64,000 nt of DNA from Ignavibacteriota bacterium (GTDB taxonomy: Bacteria > Bacteroidota > Ignavibacteria > UBA10030). Under the pieces are notes generated by a model. That model had not been told where the DNA came from. It searched no databases and worked only from the letters and a program-made list of their open reading frames with translations. This document shows positions 33,570 to 44,195 of this stretch, in pieces (position 1 is the first letter of the stretch; the number at the start of each line of letters is the position of its first letter). Location of the stretch: contig OY969585.1 in the NCBI GenBank assembly GCA_963701295.1, positions 2,304,001-2,368,000 of the forward strand. The letters are read 5' to 3'. Made by a program: the position numbers and the translations under genes.

Positions 33570-34071
33570 TGGAGTCACCTTTCTTTCAATTGCTGTATTA
33601 AGAAGTTCACTCAACGTGCCACCGGAATGACGATTACCCTTTCTGAGCAAAAACTTAAGAAATGCCCGATAAATAAGGCGAAAATGTGACAGGAAAAAAT
33701 AATGAATTGACGGCTCGGTCAAAAAATTGTGTAAGTTCTACAAAGGATTGGTACTCCCGATATTCATGGAATGAGAAGTATTGATAAACTAACTATTTTC
33801 TGCGTACGCAAGCGCCATTCCATTTCCGAAAGTGGCAAACACACACCTTGCTATTCATTAAGAGGTTTGTTACTTTTCCCCCTATAGTGTTGTGACTCTG
33901 AATGCCAAGAAAGGGGATGGAAATAGGAGCATGGACACAAAAGTAAGTTTCATCGGACAGATGTCCGATTACAATTCGTGCCAATTTGATCAAAAGAATT
34001 TTCATGAACTTCGACTTGCGGTCTTGCAAACGGCTGTTGGCATAGAACCTCAGGAATTCTTCAAGATCAAT

Positions 34072-34094
34072 CCCCCCCCCCCCCCAAAAAAAAA
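34072..34094 (+). repeat. C14 followed by A9 homopolymer tract
   Basis: Counted directly from the sequence. Confidence 0.95.
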
Positions 34095-34244
34095 CATCCT
34101 CAAAAATATTTTCTGATCATAATTTACAATTATTTAAGAAATATCTTGTCCAGTTTCGCTCATCATTTTCAATCGCAGGAGAGTGTTCGGTTTTCTCAAG
34201 CGTGTTTTTTTATTACATAAGCACACGTTGTTCATAAAGAGGGA

Positions 34245-34268
34245 GTGTCAGGAGAAAACTCCTGACAC
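34245..34268 (+). repeat. Palindromic repeat copy 1 (GTGTCAGGAG-AAAA-CTCCTGACAC)
   Basis: Perfect 10-bp stem; related copies at 38843 and 46825. Confidence 0.85.
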
Positions 34269-34292
34269 CACAAATTAATTAGGACAACACCT

Positions 34293-37200
34293 ATGGATGT
34301 CAAAGACAAGACTATGAATAAACGGCAGTTTCTTCTACTCGCCGGCATATTAGCCGTTCTGATAGCTGCGGGCGGTTATCTCTACTATCGCCACCAAACA
34401 AATACCATCCGCGAGCAAAAACACGCCGAGCTTACGGCAATTGCCAAGCTGAAAATAAATCAACTTGTGCAATGGCGAAAAGAACGAATGGCAGATGCAC
34501 GAACCATTTCCTCCGAGACGTTTTTTATCCGTGAAGTAGACCAATGGCTCCACAATAAAATCAATCGCACACTGAAGGAAGATATAAAAAAGTTTCTCGT
34601 TGTTTTGCATAAAGAGTCCGATTATGAAAGTATATTTTTGGTATCCATAGGAAGCGAAATTCTTCTCTCTGAAGGGAGCACACTACACCGTTTTGATCTT
34701 GTGGCATCTGAAAAGGTCGTGAAGGCAGCGAAATTTGACAGTGTCACATTTTCGGATTTTTATTATTGCAAATTAGAAAATACTATTCACTTTGATATTA
34801 GTGTGCCGCTAAAAAATGAAAAGAATATCACGATTGCGGTACTGGTTCTTCGGATCAATCCGTATGACTACATCTATCCGTTCATTCAATCCTGGCCTAC
34901 ACCAAGTAAAACGTCGGAGACTGTAATTTTCCGCAAGGAAGGTGATAGTGTCTTGTTTCTGAGTGAATTGCGGTTTCGTGCCGGTGCTTCATTGTCTTAT
35001 CGGATTCCACTCACTCAAAAAGAAATACCTGCCGTCCAATCTGTGTTAGGTATAGAGGGCTTATATGAAGGAAAAGATTATCGCGGTGTGGAAGTGCTTG
35101 CCGATATTCACCCTGTGCCGGGCACTGCATGGTTTATGGAAGCTAAGGTTGACCGAGATGAGATGTATTCTGTCCTCTATGATCATGCCATAGTCGTTTT
35201 TGCGTTCACAGGTATCTTGATGCTGGTGTGCGGTATTGGCGTAATGTGGATCTATCATTACCGTCAACGAAATATCTATAGAACATTATGGCAGACTCAA
35301 GAAGAATATCGCACGACGCTCTACAGCATTGGTGATGCAGTTATCACAGCAGATAAACGAGGCAGGGTGCAGTATTTAAATGTTGTTGCTGAGCAATTAA
35401 CCGGTTGGAAAGAACGTGATGCAAAAAACAAACCGAATGAAGAAGTTTTCCATATTATCAATGAAAACACACGGGCTAGAATAGAAAACCCTGTTCAATT
35501 GGTTATAAAGGAAGGACATATTGTAGGGCTTGCTAACCACACATTGCTTATCTCAAAAGACGGAAGAGAAATTCCAATAGCCGACAGCGGTTCGTCGATA
35601 CGAGATGATAAGAATGAAATAATCGGTGTTGTGCTCGTGTTTAGGGATCAAACGGAAGAACGAGCAAGCCAGAAGTTGCTGCGGGATTCAGAGAATCGTT
35701 ATCGCCGGCTCTTTGAAGCGGCGAGAGACGGCATTCTCATCCTTGATGCTGACACAGGAGTGATTGTTGACGTGAATCTATTCTTGATCGAGATGTTGGG
35801 TTTCTCACATGAAGAGTTCTGTGGAAAGACGCTTTGGGAACTGGGATTTTTCAAGGATATCGTTTCGAACAAAGAGAATTTCTTGGAATTGCAGGAGAAA
35901 GGATACATTCGTTATGAAGACCTCCCGCTGGAAACTACCGATGGGCGAAAAATCGAAGTTGAGTTCGTCAGTCACGTTTATCTCGTAGACCATCACAAAG
36001 TCATCCAGTGCAATATTCGTGATATCACCGAGCGCAAACGGGCGGAGGCTGCGTTGGCAACGGTGCAGCGGCGTTACCGGGAGCTGTTCGACAATGTCGC
36101 CATTGGTCTTCTTCGCTCCACGCCAGGGCCGGAAGGGGCTTTCATCGATGTGAATCCGGCGATGGTAAAGATATTCGAAGCGGACAACCGCGAGCAATTA
36201 ATGACTCTTCAGCTGAGCGAGATTTACTGGGATTCGAGCCAGCGTCGCATCGTCAGCGATGTCCTGATGTCCAAAGGCTTCATCGAAGACGAGGAAATCA
36301 AGTTCAAGACCCTCAAGGGGAGGCCGATCTGGTGTTGCATAACAGGGATTAAGAAAACCGACACGAACGGCCAGGTCTATTTCGACAACACTATTGAGGA
36401 TATTACCAAGCGCAAACAGGCAGAGGAGGAACTGAAAAAGAGTGAAGAAAAGTATCGTTCTATTTTTGAAAATGTGCAGGATGTGTATTATGAAACTTTG
36501 TTTGACGGCACAGTACTCGAAGTCAGTCCTTCCATTAAGTTCATTTCAAAAGGACAATACAAACGAGCGGATTTGATAGGGAGATCGATGTACGAGTTCT
36601 ATGCTGATACCAAAAACCGCGATGCTATTATATCAGCGATACAGAAGACAAGTAGTGTGAGTGATTTCGAAGTCCAACTAAAGAACCGAGATGGTTCAAT
36701 TATTGTTTGTTCCATTTCTGCAAAGATTAATTTAGATGCTCAAGGGCGGCCTGAAAAAATCATAGGCAGCATGCATGACATCACCGAGCGCAAGAAGGCA
36801 GAGGAAGCATTACGGGAAACCACTGACTATCTTGAAAACCTGCTCAGTTTTGCGAATGCACCCATATTGGTTTGGGACAATAAATTAAGGATCACGAAGT
36901 TCAATCTGACATTCGAGCGAATGACGGGCTATACAATGCACGATGTCATGAGTAAGCATCCGGAAGTGTTGTTCCCTGCTGAATTGCGGTCAGATTTATC
37001 AACATATATTTCTCGCACATCAGAAGGAGAAAATCTGCTCTCTATCGAAATGCCAATTCTCTGTAAGGACGGGAGTATTCACTTTGTCATATGGAATACG
37101 GCAAATATTTATACTACAGATTCAAAATCAATAACTGCTACCATTGCTATAGGCCAGGATATCACCGAGCGCAGGTGGGCAGAGGAGGAGCTGAAAAAGT

Positions 37201-38705
37201 CAGAAGGTAAGTTCCGGGCTATTTTCGATAACGCTAGCGACGGGATGTTTCTTGTTGACCTGGAAGCTCGAAAGTTCTTCATGTGTAATGCTATGAGTGT
37301 GAATATGTTGGGCTATACTCAAGAAGAATTTTTGACTCTGGATATCGACGGTATACATCCCAGTGAGGATTTGCCTTTTATAAACGACCAGATTAGGAAG
37401 TTTAGCAAAGGAGAAGTGGGCATTCGTAGTGACATTAGATTCAAGCGAAAAGACGGAAGTATTTTTGTATCGGATCTTAGTCCTGCCCTTCTAACAATTG
37501 CTGAGAAGAAATATTTACTTATTATCTTTAAAGATATCACCAAACGCATGCAAATGGAAGAAGGACTGCGCCAAATGCAGAAGTTGGAAGGATTAGGAAC
37601 ACTTGCCGGAGGGATTGCTCATGATTTCAACAATATTCTAGGAATTATATTGGCATACATCACAAGCGCAACGCGGCTCAGAGATAATGCTAAGAAGTTA
37701 GATCTTGCTGTTAATACTATTGTGAAGGCTGTGGAACGCGGCAAAACACTTGTTCAGCAAATATTAACGTTTGCGAGAAAAACGGAAACTGCATTTGGAG
37801 TGGTGAACGTGAATGATGTTGTCATGGAAATTGTGAACATGATCTATGAAATGTTTCCTAAGACTGTGACCTGTTCGCAGAATTTCGATAAATCGATCCC
37901 TTACATCAGTGCCGATCGTTCACAGCTGCATCAAGTATTGATGAACCTTTGTGTCAATGCACGAGATGCAATGCCGAAGGGCGGTGTTCTTTCCATCAAC
38001 ACGCTCATGGTATCTGTTGCAAGTTTGCGTCATCAGCATCCAGATGCTGTCGGGAGCAGTTATATCTGTATCGAAGTGAGTGATACCGGTGAAGGGATGA
38101 CCGAAGAGATTCGAAAACATATCTTTGAGCCGTTTTTCACAACAAAGAAAATAGGAAAAGGAACCGGATTGGGATTAGCTGTGGTGTTTGGAGTTGTTCA
38201 GTCCCATAAAGGATTTATTGATGTGGAAAGTGAAATTGGCAATGGAACAACCTTCCGAATATACTTACCCATGTCAGAAGTAGCAAAGCCGATCATTGAA
38301 AAAGAAGAAAAAACGTTGGAAGAAATACAGGGTGGAACAGAGACGATATTGGTTGTAGAGGATGAAGAGATGCTTCTGATGTCTCTTCAGATGGTGCTTG
38401 TTGATAAGGGATACAAAGTCCTTTCTGCTCAAGATGGATTTAAGGCGCTGGTAATCTATCAAGAGAGAAAAAAGGATATCGCTCTTGTGCTGACCGATCT
38501 CGGATTGCCTAATATATCCGGATTGGAAGTGTGTCAACATATCAAAGCAATCAATCCGAATGAACGCATTATCTTAGCGACAGGGTTTCTAGATCCGGAT
38601 ATGAAATCAGAATTTTTGAAAGCAGGCATACAACATTTTCTGTATAAACCGTATGATCTCAAGGAAGTGTTGAAAGTGGTACGGGAAGTGTTGGATGAGA
38701 AGTGA
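34293..38705 (+). CDS. Hybrid sensor histidine kinase: Cache-like periplasmic domain, 6 PAS, HisKA, HATPase, receiver
   Basis: 2 TM helices, six PAS/PAC units ending D(I/Q)[33 protein letters not shown]-terminal REC (VVEDE..TDLGLP..KP). Confidence 0.95.
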   Translation: MDVKDKTMNKRQFLLLAGILAVLIAAGGYLYYRHQTNTIREQKHAELTAIAKLKINQLVQWRKERMADARTISSETFFIREVDQWLHNKINRTLKEDIKKFLVVLHKESDYESIFLVSIGSEILLSEGSTLHRFDLVASEKVVKAAKFDSVTFSDFYYCKLENTIHFDISVPLKNEKNITIAVLVLRINPYDYIYPFIQSWPTPSKTSETVIFRKEGDSVLFLSELRFRAGASLSYRIPLTQKEIPAVQSVLGIEGLYEGKDYRGVEVLADIHPVPGTAWFMEAKVDRDEMYSVLYDHAIVVFAFTGILMLVCGIGVMWIYHYRQRNIYRTLWQTQEEYRTTLYSIGDAVITADKRGRVQYLNVVAEQLTGWKERDAKNKPNEEVFHIINENTRARIENPVQLVIKEGHIVGLANHTLLISKDGREIPIADSGSSIRDDKNEIIGVVLVFRDQTEERASQKLLRDSENRYRRLFEAARDGILILDADTGVIVDVNLFLIEMLGFSHEEFCGKTLWELGFFKDIVSNKENFLELQEKGYIRYEDLPLETTDGRKIEVEFVSHVYLVDHHKVIQCNIRDITERKRAEAALATVQRRYRELFDNVAIGLLRSTPGPEGAFIDVNPAMVKIFEADNREQLMTLQLSEIYWDSSQRRIVSDVLMSKGFIEDEEIKFKTLKGRPIWCCITGIKKTDTNGQVYFDNTIEDITKRKQAEEELKKSEEKYRSIFENVQDVYYETLFDGTVLEVSPSIKFISKGQYKRADLIGRSMYEFYADTKNRDAIISAIQKTSSVSDFEVQLKNRDGSIIVCSISAKINLDAQGRPEKIIGSMHDITERKKAEEALRETTDYLENLLSFANAPILVWDNKLRITKFNLTFERMTGYTMHDVMSKHPEVLFPAELRSDLSTYISRTSEGENLLSIEMPILCKDGSIHFVIWNTANIYTTDSKSITATIAIGQDITERRWAEEELKKSEGKFRAIFDNASDGMFLVDLEARKFFMCNAMSVNMLGYTQEEFLTLDIDGIHPSEDLPFINDQIRKFSKGEVGIRSDIRFKRKDGSIFVSDLSPALLTIAEKKYLLIIFKDITKRMQMEEGLRQMQKLEGLGTLAGGIAHDFNNILGIILAYITSATRLRDNAKKLDLAVNTIVKAVERGKTLVQQILTFARKTETAFGVVNVNDVVMEIVNMIYEMFPKTVTCSQNFDKSIPYISADRSQLHQVLMNLCVNARDAMPKGGVLSINTLMVSVASLRHQHPDAVGSSYICIEVSDTGEGMTEEIRKHIFEPFFTTKKIGKGTGLGLAVVFGVVQSHKGFIDVESEIGNGTTFRIYLPMSEVAKPIIEKEEKTLEEIQGGTETILVVEDEEMLLMSLQMVLVDKGYKVLSAQDGFKALVIYQERKKDIALVLTDLGLPNISGLEVCQHIKAINPNERIILATGFLDPDMKSEFLKAGIQHFLYKPYDLKEVLKVVREVLDEK

Positions 38706-38710
38706 ATCGT

Positions 38711-38805
38711 GTAACCTTCGGAAGATTACAGAGTATGAGCCGAGAAACCTTCCGAAGGTAGCGGCGAGAAGGTCTCTGTGAAAAAATGATACTAACGTCG
38801 GCTAC
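38711..38805. repeat. Cluster of REP-like inverted repeats
   Basis: ACCTTCGGAAGATT (38714-38727) vs AACCTTCCGAAGGT (38746-38759) are 13/14 inverted; GTAGCGGCG (38758) pairs imperfectly with CGTCGGCTAC (38796-38805). Confidence 0.6.
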
Positions 38806-38842
38806 AAAAATTAAGGCAGATGAAGCGAACTTGCGAAAAGAA

Positions 38843-38866
38843 GTGTCAGGAAGGAATTCCTGACAC
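38843..38866 (+). repeat. Palindromic repeat copy 2 (GTGTCAGGAA-GGAA-TTCCTGACAC)
   Basis: Perfect 10-bp stem with a compensatory change relative to copy 1. Confidence 0.85.
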
Positions 38867-38908
38867 CATAGAATATATGTACAATATGCAATCCACCCTG
38901 CAATATGT

Positions 38909-38937
38909 TTGAATTTCAACAGCTCTTTGGCTATCTT
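38909..38937 (+). promoter_or_regulatory. sigma70-type promoter for recG
   Basis: TTGAAT-N17-TATCTT. Confidence 0.5.
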
Positions 38938-38991
38938 CCTTCAGCATTTTTATTAACGCGATCTATACTACTTACAAAACGATAAAATATT

Positions 38992-41172
38992 GTGAATTCA
39001 AGTTCTCAACCACCTCTCCAATATATTAAAGGTGTAGGACCGAAGCGGGCTGAGGCATTGGCAAACCTCGGTATACAAAGCATAAGAGATCTTTTTTATT
39101 ATTTTCCGCACGGGTATCTCGACCGCAGCCAAATTGTTCATATTGCCGACCTTCGTATGCATGTAGAACAAGGCAAACCCGTCACCATCTTCGCCGAAGT
39201 ATTTCGTCAGGAAGCACGGCGTACACGGCGCGGCAACAAACTTATTTTTCTTCTTACTGTTAAAGATGAGAGCAGCTTCTTAACTTGTATTTGGTTTGAG
39301 GGATTTCAGTGGCTGAAGAATGCATTTGAAATTGGAGAGTTCCTTGCGATGTCAGCCATCCCTACGCTGGATAAACTGAACCGTCCGCAATTTGTCCATC
39401 CACAGTATGATCGATTAAAAAGCGCTGAGGAGGATGAACCGGATTGGGGAAAACTTTTCAATACCGGCAGTATTATCCCTAAGTATCGTTCCAGTACCGA
39501 GCTTGAAAAAGTCGGACTTGACAGCCGCGGATTTCGGCGCATTATCCGTAACTCAGTCGATCATTATCTTTCTGTTGTTGATGAAACGCTCTCCGTAGAA
39601 ATAATGCAGCGGCACGATCTCTGCGATGAAAAATCAGCAATACGATCCATCCATTTCCCTGGAAAATTTCAGGAATTAGAAGCAGCGCGCCGACGGCTCA
39701 AGTTCGAAGAGTTGTTTTTCCTCCAATTAATGCTGGCATTGCGAAAACGAAACGCACAGCAGCAGCTGCGCGGATTGACCTATAATGTGGAAAGCAAACT
39801 CACTCGCCAACTCATTGATTCTCTTCATTTTGAATTGACCAAAGCACAAAAGAAAGTATTGCGGGAAATTGTCGATGACTTAAAATCACCGTATCCGATG
39901 AACCGGCTTCTTCAAGGCGATGTCGGAAGCGGAAAGACGATTGTAGCATTATGTGCTGCTCTTCTTGCAGTCGATAACGGCCTGCAGGTGGCATTTATGG
40001 CACCAACGGAAATTCTTGCCGAGCAGCACTACCAGACACTTAGAGAGTTCCTCAGAGGGCTTCCTGTGAATGTGAGATTGCTCGTCGGAGGCCAACGGAA
40101 GAAATTGCGTGAGGATGTTTTAGAAGACATCCGGCAGGGGAGTGCACAAATCGTAGTGGGCACGCATGCGTTGGTAGAAGAGAAAGTCGAATTTATGAAC
40201 TTGGGTCTTATTATCGTCGATGAACAACACCGGTTTGGCGTTATGCAGCGTGCTACATTGCGTTTAAAAGGGATAAATCCCGATGTGCTTATTATGACAG
40301 CGACACCTATTCCACGCACATTAGCTATGACATTGTACGGGGACCTTGAGGTGTCTATGATCGATGAGATGCCTGCAAATCGCAAGCCCATACGCACGGC
40401 TCTTCGGACAGAAAAGCAAAAAGTGCGCATCTATCAATTTGTGAAAGAAGAAATTCAACGCGGTCGACAGGCATATATTGTCTTTCCGCTTATCGAAGAA
40501 TCTGAAAAAGTCGATCTCAAAGCTGCTACCAAAGAATTCAAATATCTTCAACAGAACATTTTCCCGGAATATCAGCTCGGTCTTTTGCATGGCAGAATGA
40601 AATCAGATGCGAAGGAAGAAGTGATGCAGAAATTCAAGAAGGGAGAAATTCACATTCTTGTTTCGACAACGGTAATCGAGGTCGGTATCGACATTCCCAA
40701 TGCAAGCGTCATGCTTATTGAAAATGCAGAACGTTTCGGGCTTGCGCAGCTGCATCAACTGCGCGGTCGTGTTGGCAGGAGCGCAGATCAATCTTATTGC
40801 GTCCTCATCGCGGATTATAGCTGGTTCGATGCGCATGCAAAGAGAACAGACATGTCGGAAATTTGTGACGAAAAGGAATCTGCGCGTACACGCTTGGAAA
40901 CAATGGTGCAGACTGCTGATGGATTTAAAATTGCGGAGGTAGATTTGAAACTGCGAGGTCCGGGAGAATTCTTCGGAACTCAACAGAGCGGAATGCCTGG
41001 ATTGCAAATCGCCAGTCTTATCGATGATTCAGAACTTGTCACACAGGCACACAAAGAAGCATTCGATCTCATCAAGAATGATCCACATCTCCGTCAGGAG
41101 GAGAACGCGTGTATCAGAAAACATTTTGAAAAAAAATTCAAAGATATTCTTGAATTGGGAAAGATTGGTTGA
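38992..41172 (+). CDS. recG: ATP-dependent DNA helicase RecG
   Basis: QGDVGSGKT, APTEILAEQH, DEQHRFG, TATPIPRT, QLRGRVGR, DLKLRGPGE. Confidence 0.98.
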   Translation: MNSSSQPPLQYIKGVGPKRAEALANLGIQSIRDLFYYFPHGYLDRSQIVHIADLRMHVEQGKPVTIFAEVFRQEARRTRRGNKLIFLLTVKDESSFLTCIWFEGFQWLKNAFEIGEFLAMSAIPTLDKLNRPQFVHPQYDRLKSAEEDEPDWGKLFNTGSIIPKYRSSTELEKVGLDSRGFRRIIRNSVDHYLSVVDETLSVEIMQRHDLCDEKSAIRSIHFPGKFQELEAARRRLKFEELFFLQLMLALRKRNAQQQLRGLTYNVESKLTRQLIDSLHFELTKAQKKVLREIVDDLKSPYPMNRLLQGDVGSGKTIVALCAALLAVDNGLQVAFMAPTEILAEQHYQTLREFLRGLPVNVRLLVGGQRKKLREDVLEDIRQGSAQIVVGTHALVEEKVEFMNLGLIIVDEQHRFGVMQRATLRLKGINPDVLIMTATPIPRTLAMTLYGDLEVSMIDEMPANRKPIRTALRTEKQKVRIYQFVKEEIQRGRQAYIVFPLIEESEKVDLKAATKEFKYLQQNIFPEYQLGLLHGRMKSDAKEEVMQKFKKGEIHILVSTTVIEVGIDIPNASVMLIENAERFGLAQLHQLRGRVGRSADQSYCVLIADYSWFDAHAKRTDMSEICDEKESARTRLETMVQTADGFKIAEVDLKLRGPGEFFGTQQSGMPGLQIASLIDDSELVTQAHKEAFDLIKNDPHLRQEENACIRKHFEKKFKDILELGKIG

Positions 41173-41386
41173 GATGAAAATAGAAAACGAAAACGGAAAG
41201 TACAATATGAAAATATGGAATCGGAATATTGTGTTCATGCAATCTGTACTCTGCAATTATCATTCTGTAAACTACACCCTTCAATCACAAATCATCTCTC
41301 GCATTTTTATCGTCTCATCTCTCATCGTTGCTTGCTGTTGACGATCACCCCTCTCGAAAAAAAATTCGTTTAACAAGTGAAAAAAC

Positions 41387-41414
41387 TTGACAACAAGTTA
41401 TAAAGGATTATATT
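41387..41414 (+). promoter_or_regulatory. sigma70-type promoter of the ATP-grasp/GNAT/KamA operon
   Basis: TTGACA-N16-TATATT, overlapped by AACAAGT repeats. Confidence 0.6.
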
Positions 41415-41486
41415 AGTATCAACATTTGTTGTTCATTGAAACAGCAAAGTAGATCAGTCCCACATTTGAAAGGTTGATCGTACCGT

Positions 41487-42602
41487 TTGCTAAAGCGACT
41501 GAACGTAGCTCTCGTCTACAATATCAAGAAGGAAAGTAGAGAAGAAGCTTCGAGTAGTGAAAGAGATCCGGATCAGTTTCAAAGAAAAAATAAATCCGGC
41601 GAAAAAGAATCGAACCTTCAACAGACGAAAGCTGACACATATGCAGAATGGGACACAGAAGAAACCATTCTCGCCGTGAAGACGGCGCTTGAATTGAATC
41701 ACGAAGTTACTCTCATTGAAGCCAACGAGGAAGCCTATCTCAAACTCCTCAGTGCACGTCCAGATATTGTCTTCAACATCGCTGAAGGATTTCGAGGACC
41801 ATCGCGTGAAGCGCAAATTCCAGCGATACTTGAGATGCTGGGAATTCCATACACCGGTTCAGATCCAATTACACTCGGAATTTGTCTTGATAAATCTCGT
41901 ACAAAGGAAATTCTCGCACACTATAGAATTCCGACCCCGACGTTTGCTGTTATCGATTCTGTCGATCAATTATCCAACTTCGATGATTTCCTTCCTTGTA
42001 TTGTCAAACCATTACATGAAGGGTCAAGCAAAGGAATTTTCAACTCATCCGTAGTACATACCAATGAGCAGCTTCGCAGACAAGCGGGAAGAGTGTTCTT
42101 CGAGTATGAAGAACCTGCAATCATCGAAAAATTCTTGAATGGAAGAGAGTTTACTATCGGTATTCTCGGAAATGGTCTGGATATTCAAGTATTGCCAATT
42201 GTAGAAATTCGATTTGATTCACTTCCGGATGGCGTCAATCCTATCTATTCGTATGAAGCAAAGTGGATTTGGGATTCATTAGATAATCCTCTCGATGTTC
42301 ACGAATGTCCAGCAAAGATACCGGCGAAATTACAAAGAGAAATTGAAACGATTTGCCGCGATACATACCGGGTTTTGCGTTGTCGGGACTGGTGCCGAAT
42401 TGACATACGATTAGATGAAGATGGTCGGCCCTATGTGTTAGAAGTGAACCCTTTACCTGGAATTCTCCCCAATCCTAATGAACATTCCTGCTTTCCTCAG
42501 GCCGCCAGAGCGGCAGGATTGGATTATAGTGCAATGGTAAATACCGTTTTAGAGGCTGGAATTAAACGATACGGCTTACAAACAAACGATTTAAAAAATT
42601 GA
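41487..42602 (+). CDS. Ddl-like ATP-grasp amide ligase 1
   Basis: IPYTGS..LDK, IVKPLHEGSSKGI, EKFLNGREF, RIDIR, LEVNPLPG; lacks the GGxSxE N-terminal motif of true Ddl. Confidence 0.9.
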   Translation: MLKRLNVALVYNIKKESREEASSSERDPDQFQRKNKSGEKESNLQQTKADTYAEWDTEETILAVKTALELNHEVTLIEANEEAYLKLLSARPDIVFNIAEGFRGPSREAQIPAILEMLGIPYTGSDPITLGICLDKSRTKEILAHYRIPTPTFAVIDSVDQLSNFDDFLPCIVKPLHEGSSKGIFNSSVVHTNEQLRRQAGRVFFEYEEPAIIEKFLNGREFTIGILGNGLDIQVLPIVEIRFDSLPDGVNPIYSYEAKWIWDSLDNPLDVHECPAKIPAKLQREIETICRDTYRVLRCRDWCRIDIRLDEDGRPYVLEVNPLPGILPNPNEHSCFPQAARAAGLDYSAMVNTVLEAGIKRYGLQTNDLKN

Positions 42603-43699
42603 TGCCAGAAATGGCACATATTGCAATAGTTTTCAACGAATTGACCGTCGAGCCCGATGTTGCGAGAAAGTTCGCTATTGAGGCTGGACAAGTAATGGCC
42701 TTAGCCTCTTCCTCAGCGAGTATCACCAGCGTTGTTGGCAACCTGATAGACCTATCGGAAATAGGTGTTATTGAAGAACGTGAAAGGATGCAAGAAGCCC
42801 TGCAACAAAAAGGATATCGCACATCGCTCTTTAATATCAATGGCGACATCAAGCGGCTTATCAAATTTCTTGAGGAAACGAAGATCGATCTTGTATTCAA
42901 CCTTTGTGAATCGCTTAGGGGGCAGGCGATAAACGAGATGCATGTTGCAGGCATTTATGAGCTGATGAATGTTCCCTATACCGGTGCCGCAACACTTGCG
43001 CTTGGCACGTGTTTGAATAAAGTCAGAACAAAAGTGATCTTGGATGCCCATGGCATATCGACTGCACGTCATGCTCTCTATAAAAGACCCGAAGAAATTA
43101 ATCTCGATGATCTGCGTTTGAATTTTCCTATGATTGTGAAGCCATCGCGGGAGGATGCAAGTATAGGAATTGAAAATTCATCTGTTGTGCGTGACATCGA
43201 ATCACTTCGTCAACGAGTTGTATTTGTTGTGAAGACCTATAATCAACCTGCTTTGGTGGAAGAATATATTGAAGGAAGAGAATTAAATGTCTCGATCATC
43301 GGGAATGAACGGCCGACAATTCTTCCGATTTCCGAAATTGATTTTTCAAAATTACCGCCGAACTATCCAAAAATTGTAACATATAACGCAAAATGGGTAG
43401 AAGGAACACCAGAATATATTGGCACGGTGGGGACCTGTCCCGCAAAGCTTACCACTGAAGTGGAGCAACGGATTCGTGATATCGCACGGCAAGCGTATAA
43501 ATTGATGGAGATCCGCGATTATGCGCGTGTGGACATCCGGCTTGATGCATCGAACATTCCTTACGTACTGGAAGTGAATCCGAATCCCGATATTTCGCGG
43601 GATACAGGATTTGCACGTTCTGCTCGCGCGGCTGGCATGACCTTTGAAGATATGCTCGCAAAAATTATTGAGACTGCACTTGAACGAATACGTCAGTGA
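42602..43699 (+). CDS. Ddl-like ATP-grasp amide ligase 2
   Basis: FNLCE, VPYTG, IVKPSREDASIGI, EEYIEGRE, RDYARVDIR, LEVNPNPD; TGATG overlap with ligase 1. Confidence 0.9.
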   Translation: MPEMAHIAIVFNELTVEPDVARKFAIEAGQVMALASSSASITSVVGNLIDLSEIGVIEERERMQEALQQKGYRTSLFNINGDIKRLIKFLEETKIDLVFNLCESLRGQAINEMHVAGIYELMNVPYTGAATLALGTCLNKVRTKVILDAHGISTARHALYKRPEEINLDDLRLNFPMIVKPSREDASIGIENSSVVRDIESLRQRVVFVVKTYNQPALVEEYIEGRELNVSIIGNERPTILPISEIDFSKLPPNYPKIVTYNAKWVEGTPEYIGTVGTCPAKLTTEVEQRIRDIARQAYKLMEIRDYARVDIRLDASNIPYVLEVNPNPDISRDTGFARSARAAGMTFEDMLAKIIETALERIRQ

Positions 43700-43703
43700 G
43701 AAT

Positions 43704-44177
43704 ATGCTGATTCGGAAATTTGAAAAGGCTGATATTGCACAATTATCAGAAATCGTCCGTGCGACGAAAGTATTTCATGAAGAAGAAGTTGATGTTGCCA
43801 TAGAGTTGATGGAAATTGCAGCGAATGAGAAAGATCAGAAAGATTATTTCCTGTATACATATGTGGATGAGTCCGGAGTTCTACAAGGATATTATTGTGT
43901 TGGACCAACACCGATGACAAAATCGACGTATGATCTGTATTGGATTGCAGTGCATCCACGCATGCACAGAAAAAAAATTGGCCGCGACTTGCTTGAGCAT
44001 TGTGAACAGCAAGTGCAAGGAATGGGTGGAACACTGCTTGTTGTTGAAACATCGTCACAGCCGAAGTACGAACCGACACGAAAGTTCTATCTTCGGCATC
44101 AGTACATAGAGACAGCACAGATCAAGGATTACTATGCACCGGGTGATGACCTGGTCATCTATACTAAACACTTCTAA
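43704..44177 (+). CDS. GNAT family N-acetyltransferase
   Basis: DLYWIAVHP..KKIG acetyl-CoA motif A; VETSS..TRKFY..DYY..GDD. Confidence 0.9.
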   Translation: MLIRKFEKADIAQLSEIVRATKVFHEEEVDVAIELMEIAANEKDQKDYFLYTYVDESGVLQGYYCVGPTPMTKSTYDLYWIAVHPRMHRKKIGRDLLEHCEQQVQGMGGTLLVVETSSQPKYEPTRKFYLRHQYIETAQIKDYYAPGDDLVIYTKHF

Positions 44178-44195
44178 GGAGCAAACGCATACGTT

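Noticed and set aside
41173-41330. Short purine-rich/pyrimidine-rich runs after recG and ORFs 41024-41341 and 41029-41256
   Set aside because: Low-complexity, irregular repeats with only weak complementarity and no protein signature.
41487-43699. Calling the two ATP-grasp genes ddl (D-Ala-D-Ala ligase) or van resistance ligases
   Set aside because: They lack the GGxSxE substrate motif and are not in a dcw or van context.
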